Assembly: GCA_038496445.1 (NCBI GenBank)
Contig: JALMLS010000155.1
Span: forward strand, 1-64,000
DNA length: 64,000 bases
Direction: 5' to 3'
Source of the DNA: Trichosphaerium sp. ATCC 40318
Taxonomy: Eukaryota; Protista; Tubulinea
Shown: piece by piece, positions 53,201 through 64,000 of the stretch
Position numbering within the stretch: the stretch's first letter is position 1
Layout: every line of letters begins with the position of its first letter
Notes under the pieces: generated by a model
Told to the model about the DNA's origin: nothing
The model's database searches: none
The model's input: only the letters and a program-made list of their open reading frames with translations
Translations under genes and position numbers: made by a program

Positions 53201-55620
53201 GCTCTAAAAGTGCTCCTAGTGTTGCGTGAGAATTGAACAAGTTGACTACAATACAATTGTTGCTATACCTTTCGTTTCGCCTTTTCCAAACACTTCTTTT
53301 AATTGAGTGTCTTGACATTTGTTTTTAATATACTCAACTACGGGCTTGGGAAGTTTAGGATAGTAGAATATTCCTGATGTTGTTTTCTTCTGGGTAAGCA
53401 TCATAGGTACAATGGAGTGTATCTTTTTGAGAGTATATGTGGTTCTAGATATATCGCTCTGATAATTAATAATAAACTCTGTCATCATGACACTGTTTAA
53501 GCTGGTTCCTGCCGCTATTGGAAGCCCATATTGAGCGGCAATAGCTATTTTAGTAAAAGCAAATAGCACAGAGTCAAATCCTGTTGCATCAAACATTTTT
53601 GGATGTAGAATATTCTGAATTTCATCCTGTCTACTTTGTGAATATATAGACTCCTCAAGTGCGTCGCTCACCATTCTAAATATCAGTTAGAAATAGAAAT
53701 TAATATTGATTTCGGTTATGGGGGATAACTCACCTATCTACATCTGCTAATTGGATGTGCATGTTTGTTCTATTTCATACCAAGTTAGTCTCTCTGAAGA
53801 TAAACTTAACACTCATCACATACCCATTTTTATCCTTAAACCTTCTTGCTTGTATTAAAAGCTTTCTTAAAGGTTCAAATTAGTGATGTGGTATCGATTG
53901 TAATAGCTTACTTGAAAGCGTTTTGTATGAACCTCGGGTGACCAGCGTAATCATCAACCAAGGCTTTTGTGTATTTTTCCTTTGCGTCATCATCAAAGCG
54001 AATTGGCTGTTTGTATTTTGTTACTGCTTCATCAATGACTCGCTTGAAAAAAGTAGTTGTGAATGTCTAGTTACAAAGTTAGATGGAAACCATTTCTGTT
54101 GAGATAATTTATAAAAAAACCAAAAAAAAAAACAAATACTTGCGTTTAAGAGAATGGGTCTACTATTTGTCACCGAAGATCTATTCCTCCATATAGACTT
54201 TTCAGTCTTGTTTCCTTTTTCATCGCGTACACCGCCAATATCCATGAAAATAGGATTGTGCCCCGCCATCACAAAAAGGATTTTTCGAGAGTATCGATGC
54301 TCGACTGCAGCATTAAATAACGTGCCCCAGAGAAACTCAAGAAACTCACCAAATGCAGCAAGCTAATAATTATCATCAGTATGAATTATTGTAGTGGCAG
54401 CGGCATACACTCTTTTCTGCGTATCTATTTGTTGGGCTTATCTCGTCTAAACAAAAAACCAATGGATGCCCATGACCAACAAGCTTGTCATACTCAGCTA
54501 GTGCGGTCTTGAACGTTAATTTTGTTGGATCAAGTTCTATTATATAAAATATTAGCAAACGGCAAGATGAAAGTTGGTACATACCAAGTCCTCGCGCTAA
54601 ATTGATTTGCTCAAAAAACATCTTGACAATCATTTTATTGGCTACATCTTGTTCGAACTTATCTCCGGTTGGTTTCATGCTTCTTGTATCAATACACACT
54701 AAATCTCCTTCAAGGATTTCATTCGCAAGATCTTGAACTTGTTGGCTTGCTCCTTTATCCTAGTAGACACATAAACAACTCCTTAAATTAAAGGAAGGTA
54801 CCTTTAAATAACCTGTTAGACCTGATAAAACGGCAATTTGAAAATTTACCAGAAACGTGGACTTTCCTGGTGATAGTACATATTAGAATTTTATGGTCAA
54901 AAAAAAGTGATTTCTAAAAGTGCAATCAAATCAGAAATACTCTATTGTACCACAACCAAAATACAGTCCCAAGATTGGCACATGGTAGTGCTTTGGTAAA
55001 GATTTAGCTGCCTCAGTGCCAGCTTTTAAACGGCTTTCGTTCATAACTACGGCATGATTTGTTACAAAGGTTTCAAAAACCTCATGGTAAGTATTAAAGA
55101 ATAAGTCTATTAGAACAACATCCATAATAGTGAGTTTAGCAAGTGCTGCTCTAAGTGTTAGAATATCTTTTGAAACGCTGTTCTGGGTGTAAACACGTGT
55201 ATACAACCTAACTTGGTCGTCGTTCAATTCTTTAATTGCTTCCTTAGAAAACCCTGAAATCAAATGAGTGAGACGTACATGAGTTGTTTTTTGGCATTAA
55301 CAAAAAATAGTGGTTCACAATCTTAGAGATTTCTGTTGGTTTTTGAAGAGAAAACAACAACACGTGACCAAAATTTTTTTTCAGAGCTTCTTATTTGCAG
55401 AATTACGTACGCAGCATCCCCTCTTTTGTTTTTTTTGCCTCTGTGTTGATTGTAAGCCGTTGTAAGCTCTCTAAAGTTTTCTCCTCGGTATCCGTTGATT
55501 CTGCTAGTAGAAAGAGTTAGTATTAAGGTTCTAGTTAGAGTGAAGTGTTTTAAAAGGTCGTTAAAAAGATGACTACTAACAAACAGCGTGAGATCAACGA
55601 TCGTTTACTGGTGCATTCAT
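50233..55620 (-). CDS. Crinkler-like multidomain protein: P-loop NTPase, PD-(D/E)xK-like nuclease, 3 Ubl-like repeats, RS/SPRR-rich tail (start tentative)
   Basis: GLYFGC|GKSTF (Walker A), PLVFCLDEI (Walker B), PHDQSSSMDFYL...IGCQMK...IGTELKKF (REase-like), three ~240-bp exon/intron repeats, and a terminal exon with KKRK and SPRR repeats. Confidence 0.7.
50830..51545 (-). repeat. Three tandem ~240-bp exon+intron units encoding Ubl-like beta-grasp repeats
   Basis: Repeated K.I.INY.GE.K.LSV...G|intron|VA.SFGL.ASNIKVKDMNGTVVVYYED...ATYLVD; intron sequence conserved between units (GTACAATACT...GCTAACATGTG). Confidence 0.85.
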
Positions 55621-57297
55621 CTACGCGCAAGAGACATTATGTTTGACGTTTTTTGAAGTTTTAAGCAAGAATTTGATTTGGAGTCAAGAATAAAAAGCAA
55701 GATCAATGATCATGCATGATGATAATATTGATAGCAACATAGGCATTAGTAGACGAACGGTTGAACGTACTAACGGACTCCATAAGATACTGTGTGGTAC
55801 TAGAATTAACCCTTGCGTACAGCTAAACTACAAAGAGGTGTTGTGTTATTGAGAGATGCACTATGGGTAGGGAAAAAACGGACACAACATTTGTATCACA
55901 AACTCGGCGCCTATTATTTTGAAATAAAACAACAAGCAATTGTATGTGCTCAGGAGTAGTGTGACACCTCAAAAAAAGAATAGAATTGAATTACACAGCG
56001 AGGGTTTCCAAAAGTGAATAAAAACAAGTGCTAGTTTTGTATCACGGCAACGATATTTACAGACGGATAGGCTTCAGTGAATAATTCAAGATATTTGTAG
56101 TATTCACCCACATGATCATATCACTATCTATGACACTTTTATGATGGAATATGATACCAACTCCCAACACGCACAGCAGAACAAACAGTTCTTGTAAAAA
56201 ATAGCAATTTTAAATAACTAACGCCTGGTTTTACCCCAGACTCAACATGTAGTATCTAACACGCTACAATACAGTTTCACTTAAATAACAGTGATAGGCA
56301 GTTCAGTAGCACACTGTAGTATGTTTCGTAAACGATAATTTTGATGAATGTGAGTTTATTTGCTTGTCAACAGTTTTGGAGTACATTTCGAACTGATGAG
56401 GAACAGGAGTTAAAAACCCTTCAATTGCATCGAATGGGTAATTTATCATTTCTCTGTGTTTTTAGGAGATTCGTCAACACGAGGTCATGTTTCGTGCAAT
56501 CCGTTCAACTCTTAGCTACTTAGAAGCTGTAATAAAAGGCAAGATATTTGCTGACAGCACTATATCTGGCATGTAAAAAGTTTGAAACTTCAAATAATGT
56601 GCTGTACTTCCGTTTATTTGTTTTCAAGTTTTCTTCTCTCGAAGACATCCAGTATAATCAATCTGATACCTACACCTTGGCATTACGCCGAGTAAAGGGA
56701 AAGACCATATATCAATAAAAAGCAACTGTACAACTTGTTGATAACTTTGTGGGTAGCAGATTTTAATAACAAGTTTAATGGTCATTGGGTTTGATGCGAA
56801 TGAATCTCTTTATCTCACTGATCCAAGCTATACCTTGTTAACTTTTGCTCATCCTTAAGGCTTCACTGGATATTTTACTAGACGCCTAACTTCACCCGAG
56901 TGAAAGTATGTATTGGGTGATATGGAGACAAAGAAGAAACTGTTTAAGAATTATGGAAATATATGAGACTCATTGCCTCGTGACCCTGAGCTTTGTAAAA
57001 CAAAGGCAAAAGTAGGCAGTTGGGAAAGGCATTTGAAGTGAAGTCAGGCGCCCTAGGGCTAGCAAGTTCCTTCCACCGATACGGCGTTTTTTTTGAAAAC
57101 TCTGTCACGTGTTCGCTGAGTACATTGAAATTCAAAATATTTCAACCTGAGTTCAGATTCACTGATGTTCGCTATAACTTTTCAAATTTGCCCGAAATCC
57201 CTGGTTTCACAGCATGATTTTGACCAATGCTGACAAGCGAGTATCATATTTTATACATAAACACAAGCATAGTACCCTGTAATAAGCAGATAACCAC

Positions 57298-58900
57298 ATG
57301 TCAACGTCAGAAACTAAAAAGGTGTCAACTCCGAAAACGTCAAAGAAAAAAGAACCCAAAGATAAGTCAAATAAAAAAGATGGCAAGGAGGAGAAGAAGC
57401 ATATACAACATGGTGTTCCTGAAGGTGTAAAGGTAAAAATCGCGTGTTAATTTTTTTTGCTTTTTTTGGCTCTAAAACGATAGAAAGTACTTATACAGCG
57501 TAGATAGAGTTTGGTAAATACAATTCGCAACCTTTAGAGGAGCAATTATTCCCTCAAGAGCTAGAAGCGTTAAACAAGCTCAAAAAAGAAAACCCGCTCG
57601 CAAAAGGTACTAAAAACGTCACGTAACATGCGTTTTGTCAACTTTTACGTAAAACGTGCTGACGTTTCTCTTTTTCAGAATTCAACGATTACTACCTCAT
57701 ATCATGCCTTCTTTCGCGTAAACTAGACGTTGAGAGGGCCGGCCTAATGTTAGAAAATACTTTGAAGTACAAGAAAGACAATAACATTGAGCGCATACCA
57801 AAATTTAAAGAACTAGACCAAAGATTATGGGAATCAAGGTACTGTATAGGATGGGTTAGTTTGCTGACTCACCGTCTTTCTGTGATTTTTGTCTTGTCCG
57901 CACAAATAATTTATCCTTGCTGTGTTTACTGTGTTTCTCGCTTGTCCTTCTTCTTTTTGTTGTAACTAATCCTGTTAGGCACGCGTGGTCCGTTCCTGGT
58001 ACAAGATCAAAAAACGGACAAGGAATAATGTATGTTATCCCTGCACGACTCATTCCAAAGGATTTCAGAGATAATGATTATAAAGCTATAATGGAGTTCC
58101 AATACTGGATGGTTATGAAAGGTAGCTATTGTGACGGACAGTACGTTGGTTGTTTTTGAATTTTGAAAAAAAACTTGAAGGTTCATGCTATTTTTCTTTT
58201 TGGCTGTCACGTGATTTTTTTGAATTTTGAAATTTTCGATTTCACTACGTTGTGTTGGCTTTTAGAGTTATATTTACTTAACAAACTGTAGTATTGATAC
58301 ACAACGCAATGGTGTCATTATAGTTGAAGATTTGAAGGGGTTGTCTATGAAGCATTTCGATATGAAATTACAGAAAAAATCTGGAACCATGACTGTACGT
58401 TTGAAACCTTTTTATTCGGTTGTTATTTCGCACTCACTCGCAAACAGGACACTTTCCCTATGCGCGTTAAAAAAATTATTTTATTAAATCCACCTACTAT
58501 TCTAAAGGCAATGCTGGCTATTGCAAAGTTGTTCATGAAGAAAAAGCTCTTTAAGCGCGTAAGTAAAAACTAGTAAAAAAATAGGAATTTTTTACTAACG
58601 AAGTACACTTCTAGATTGAAATTCTTAAAGACGAGAGTCAACTTCTTGAATACATTGATAAGAGTCAGCTTCACCAAGACTTTGGCGGAGACTTGACGTA
58701 CTCTGTTGGTGAGTGAAGACTATTTTTTTTTAATGGAAATGTTGACTTTTTTTGAAGACGATTGGGCTCAGTTTGTTGAAGAGTATGCGGCTAGGACAGA
58801 AGGAGACAATGTCAAGAAGCCTAAAAAGAAGAGTAAAAAGAAATCTCCTAAGAGTAAACCAAAGAAAGAAGAATCATCCACCTCCGCTGTTGAAGTGTAA
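57298..58900 (+). CDS. Sec14/CRAL-TRIO lipid-binding protein
   Basis: DYYLISCLLSRKLDVERA, TQRNGVIIVEDLKGLS, DTFPMRVKKIILLNPP, QLHQDFGG. Confidence 0.92.
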
Positions 58901-59439
58901 AATACAATTTTGTTTACTTGTAATTCTATAGTTCTTGTTTAATAGTTTTTCTTCTAAGTATTAACTTCATACTTGTTACTTGGGTACGCGAATTGTACAT
59001 GGTAATACAAGACTCAGCTGCAATGTAGACGTTCCCTACCTTACGAAGGAATTTTTCCTAAGGGTAACAATCGCATCTCAAGGTAGCTGTTAAGTTGTAC
59101 TGTTGTTTTTGAATAGGATTTAGCAGTACTTTATATTTTTCGTATAAAACGTGATTCTGTTAATCACATGTTATCTTTGTGCCCAATAAATCTAGACAAT
59201 CACAGGCAAATGGGTGAGTCTATGACCATTTTTGAGGATAATAGTAATTTCATAAATATGTTCAGTTAAATGAAATCAGACAAGAGCGCTCATGTACGCA
59301 TAATCACTACGTTCTTAACTGTGCTGAAGAATTCAAATCACTCGGATACCCAGGGTAATTCTGTTAAAAAATCCACTGTTGTTAACAGTTAACACCATCA
59401 TGATCAGTAGTGGCACTCCAAACCCGAAAAATTAACCAT

Positions 59440-60387
59440 ATGTTTTATTCTTGCAAACGACAAACACCATGCCATGCCCTAATTTTGATACTCGTTATCA
59501 CACTTTCCTCGTCTACTCCCAAATACATAGCGGGGTTTATAGAGAACTCTTCCAGAACAGGCGGCTACACTATTCTGCTAGAAGTTGCTACGGGTGATGT
59601 ATATAAGCAGCTTGATATTAAGTATACTTCTCAACGCTTGGAAGAAACCAGTTTATGCCTACTTTCATTCTCGCTTTATTCTGACATCGAAATACTTGCA
59701 GGAAGTAGTAAGTTGTATGTGATAGATTATAGCCTAAAGAACATATCAAATACTCTTCCATCTCCAACGTTCATCTCTGATGGTGGCAAAGGACTTTATT
59801 TTACAGCTACAGAGTGTTTTCGAGGGATGATTGTAGATAATGATACTGTGACTGTGTACTCTTGTACTAGTACTGGAGCTTGCACGAAAATCTTAGGGAA
59901 CTTGGGTTTTACGCCTGATAGTGTTACATCATGTGGCAAACAAATAGCTATTGCTTCATCATCTGAGAATGAAGTACAGTTTCTATTAACTAGCGGGAAC
60001 CAAGTGTTTGCTGCCAAGACTGCTGCGGCTTCGACTGTGACTCATGCTATAAGCATACTACCTTATGGAGATAACGATTTTAAGTTTTTCTTTGCAAATG
60101 ATGGAGGTGTTTATGAAGTTGTAGATGAGGGTGTTAACCAAACAACAGTTCAAGATGTTTTGAAACTCGAAGAAGGATCAAAGATGCGTTCATTATTATG
60201 TAGCAAGTGCTCGGTAGACAATACAAAGGCAGAGTTCTTTGCAGTTTACACTCTTCCTAATGGCTCTCTAACAGCTTCTGGCTTTGAGTATAGTCTATCA
60301 CCGTATCCTCCTGTACAAACAATAGTGACAGTGTTCAAGGATATAATAATTACTGACTCCCAAGCTGTATTTCAAAACATGCTGTAA
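59440..60387 (+). CDS. Single-exon hypothetical secreted protein, beta-rich
   Basis: Long ORF with hydrophobic N-terminus ALILILVITLSSS; no family recognised. Confidence 0.55.
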   Translation: MFYSCKRQTPCHALILILVITLSSSTPKYIAGFIENSSRTGGYTILLEVATGDVYKQLDIKYTSQRLEETSLCLLSFSLYSDIEILAGSSKLYVIDYSLKNISNTLPSPTFISDGGKGLYFTATECFRGMIVDNDTVTVYSCTSTGACTKILGNLGFTPDSVTSCGKQIAIASSSENEVQFLLTSGNQVFAAKTAAASTVTHAISILPYGDNDFKFFFANDGGVYEVVDEGVNQTTVQDVLKLEEGSKMRSLLCSKCSVDNTKAEFFAVYTLPNGSLTASGFEYSLSPYPPVQTIVTVFKDIIITDSQAVFQNML

Positions 60388-60687
60388 GAGAATAAACAAC
60401 TCAACCTGTAACTACTTTCCATCGTCTTTTTCTAACGTTGTATTTTCTGAACAAAGTACCAAGTACAACTTGGATATCACTGAGACAAAGAGATCTCACG
60501 TCAAGCCCAAATGATAAAGTTGACATTAAAAAATCTACTAACCATTGGTTGCCACAATCAAACTGCTTGACAATCGCATTATTTTAACCGGTTCAATTTT
60601 AGTAGAATTTGTAGAGAATTATTGAAAACTGCTGACACAACGTGATTTAAAACGTGATTGTTTTTTTTTTTTGTAAAACGCTTCGCA

Positions 60688-61982
60688 ATGGCAGATAATA
60701 CGACCAACTTTGATCTCTTAGACTATCCTACAGAGGTAAAAACAGTTTTTAACCATGTTTTACAGCGGTTAAGACAATATTGTAGATATTGATTCATATT
60801 ATTGCTTGTTTAGACGATACAAGCGATATTTATGCGTGTATGATGGTTAATAAAGAGTTATATAGATGTAGCACAGATGATATGGTATTTACATTATTAA
60901 ATACGCCCTTTTTAACAGTGATACAAGGTATGGGCCGCACAACTCATGTATTTGATTGGAAAAGTACCTGATAACGCTCACAGTAACAAAGAAAGTTACC
61001 GTGACATTGTACAACACTCAAGGATGTCCAAGGTGCGTCACTTATCGTTAAAAACGAGCCTTTTGAGCTTGTACGAGCGATAGCAAAAGTTATCACCTCA
61101 GCAGAGCTGTCTTAGTGTTCATTCAATGCAAATCCCATTCTTAAGTCTTAAACATTTTCTTTTCTCAACAACTTTTTGTTCATGTGATTAGTGGTAACCT
61201 GGTTTTACCTTCTAGGCTCATTTTGCAAAAGGAAAATACGCCTTATCAGAGAAAGACAGTGATGGTGATTATTGGATCAATGTAAAAGAGCATATTATAG
61301 GGTATTGTTACAGAGGAGAGCTGGAAAAACTCGCTGCAAATGCTGATCAAATTGATGTTAACAAAGTATCTCTTTATAAGTCTTATGCTTATCACGGAAA
61401 CTACTCATTCCCATACATGGTACGCTCACATGATAATTGACAACTTGTTACTGACCCCTTATAGGGCAAGATTATTATCAAAGACGGTATGACAACTGAT
61501 CCAAATGAAAGCAAATTTGCTTTGATCTAAACCTCTATTTCTTGAATAGGATTGTATGTTCCAGATATTATTTCAAACGGTCGTCGTAGGAATACACCAG
61601 CACTGGCACTTGCAAACAGGGGCACAGCAGGTTAGGGAGTATTTCAAATGCATTAAAGAGAGAATTTTACTGATGGTATTTTTAGGAACTCCATTGCATT
61701 GGGCTTGTATTTGTGGTCATGAAAACATTGTTAGATACTTATTAGAAGCTTTTTCAGATGTAATCGATGTTGATGTAAAGATTATGATGCATAAAGCTAC
61801 TGCTGCACAAGGCACGTTTTTTTGTGACCACGTGCCAATTTAACAACAACGTTCTTTTGAGATGCCTTGCTTTTATGATCTTATTCTACATAGTTGCTCA
61901 AGCCAACGGACACTTAGAGATAGCCAGGTTGATAAGACAATTCAAAATGATGTCAGGTGGAAAAAACAGTGACGAAGCTTAG
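60688..61982 (+). CDS. F-box plus ankyrin-repeat protein
   Basis: LLDYPTE|ILIHIIACLD...MVNKELY (F-box); GTPLHWACICGHENIVRYLL and TAAQVAQANGHLEIARLI (ankyrin). Confidence 0.85.
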
Positions 61983-62621
61983 ACACGCATTAATACTGCA
62001 GCTGTACAGCTTCAAATAAAAACCCATCTTTATTTTTTCAATTTCTTATTACAATTACTTTCTTAGATGATTTCTGTAAGAATCTTGAAAGTTGTCAATG
62101 AATATGCCCATTACGCGTAAGATGTGTGCTCAAATGACAGGAAACTCGCACAATTTTAGGATTCATTGCCGGAAAGAGGAAACTTTTAAGTGGATACATG
62201 ACTTGTTAATCTTGCACTAAGCGTGTACTTTGATTGCACCCCCAAAAGGAAATAAAACTTCTCACTACGTCGTATCTCTTGAGTATCTCCAGACACTTTA
62301 CTGCTTGTTCGCTCAAAACATCAAACAAGCAAGAGAAGCCATTTTACGAAGAGAATTCTGAACATGACTTAAATACACGTTAAGACAAGCAAAGCCTTCC
62401 ACCGTTTTATGCACTTCGTTTAATACCCATATCGAATACATAACTACATACGCAATGAAAAACAACAGTCGCATGACTTATAGGCCAATGCAGCTCCATG
62501 CTTCGCCCTATGCATCTAATTGGATGTTTATTGCCCCCAGTTTTCTTGTAGGCGCTTCTCTCGTTGCTGGCTCAGTTGTATGTTGTTTTTCGGTTGATAT
62601 TTAATAAACTATGCCTAGTAC

Positions 62622-64000
62622 ATGTTTGCATCACCTCTTAGACGCTTCATGGCCAACCTTTCGTTCCATTACGCACCACAAGGCGCATTACATTCAGACG
62701 ACTCCAAATGTGGTCAACATAATTTACCAGCACTAACGAGCCCTTTGATACCACGCACAGACTATTTATACAAACTTCATACAAAAACAAACAATCAGGA
62801 TGAACTCACAATTTGTGCCATCGTGTCGCCTCCAGGTGCGTAGTAGAACATTCCACGACAACTATTGCGATTTTTTTATGTCAATAAAATGAGAAAAAGC
62901 GACAAACTAATAAAACTTTAGGTTGTGGTAAAACGACATTGGCTGTAAAGTTTGCCTTGGATTTCTTAAACAGAAACAATGAGGCACTTGTACATATGAT
63001 AAGGCTTGATCATTTGAACGTAAAGAAAGATCTTCAAGTATTAGCGAATCGCTTAGGATGTACGTTTTGAGATTGAGTGAGTTTAGTGGTTTTTTTTATT
63101 TTTTTGATTTTTGACACGTGATTTAGATCCTGCTGATTCGAACACCTCTGTTGAATCTTGTTTAGAGTCTATAAATACAGCTCTTTCAAGAAGACGAGAA
63201 AGTTGGCTTATAATAATCAAAGACGCCTATGTCATAAGCGATATTCATCATATCATACGCGACAATTATCCTTTCGGTGTGTATCACACGTGATAAATCT
63301 GTTAAGTAGTTTTTTTTGACGCTTTTACTTGTAGGTACTATCCTGGCGCTTACAGACACTAAAAAATTTGATGCTCCTGATAGCCTAGTTTTGGAATCAA
63401 TGACGACAACTCAAGTTAACGAATTTATTAAATTATCAGGTAAGTGAACTAACAACACGGTTCAAGCAAATGCTCACTTTTTTTGCGAAAGGTGTTGACA
63501 TGGATTCAAGACTTCTGAGGGAGATGCTATTTATTTTTAAGGACAACATCTCTTTGCTCTCTTTCGCTTGTAGTATAGCAAAGAATTTTAAGGTTAAACC
63601 TGGAGAAGATAAGGGAGACGCTTTATACAACATGTATCAAAAGATAGCGACAGAACTTCTTGGAAAGTATAATTTAAAGTCAAACTGTAAAATAATATGC
63701 AAGTTTATTCTTCATATTACAATGTTCCGTGGACCTGATGCTATAGATGAAATAGCTATTGCTGATTCTTGGGAGAAACTATCACATCTAAGATACGTAC
63801 ATGGACCACCATCAGATTGCTTAAAACACTCTGAGAACGCTATAACGCATTATGAAAAACTTGGTTACAAGAAAGAAGAAATTTTAAGAAAATGTTACTG
63901 TAGGAAGGCTATGTCTCTTTTTAGGCTATCAAAGTACTCTGAAGCTATAAAAGTATTTGAAATAACTATACAAATGGCATTAGATGCTGGAGCAGATAAA
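62622..64000 (+). CDS. NB-ARC-like STAND NTPase with C-terminal TPRs (NLR-like); runs off the window end
   Basis: HNLP...PR, ICAIVSPP|GCGKTTLA (Walker A), WLIIIKDA (Walker B position), TPR-like CYCRKAMSLFRLSKYSEAIKVFE. Confidence 0.75.

Overview
AT-rich (roughly 35% GC by eye), gene-dense, intron-rich eukaryotic nuclear DNA using the standard genetic code (genes end in TAA, TAG and TGA). It is probably from a free-living protist; amoebozoan is a guess only. Most introns are 40-200 nt with GTACGT/GTGCGT/GTAAGT-type donors, so the ORF track shows exon fragments. I spliced about 25 genes by hand. Housekeeping genes include VPS39, ILV5/ilvC, PEX22, ADA2/CECR1, a Sec14/CRAL-TRIO protein, a TauE transporter, a MaoC dehydratase, a probable Nsl1, a GST and a homeobox gene. 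Accessory content includes two Crinkler-like P-loop NTPase paralogs (one with a PD-(D/E)xK-like nuclease, three C-terminal Ubl-like repeats and an RS tail), an NB-ARC/TPR protein, three F-box genes, a degenerate Ran-like GTPase and two intron-containing genes with bacterial-looking domains. An intact pogo/Fot1-type DD35D transposon lies inside the ~6.7 kb spacer of a large inverted duplication of the GST locus. Sequence-level highlights are an AT-AC U12 intron inside a homeodomain, a GT-AG U12-type intron in VPS39, several obligatory GC-AG introns, a 42-nt intron/exon interconversion between paralogs, and strong enrichment of CACGTG, especially in introns. Family assignments come from motif recognition, not database searches.
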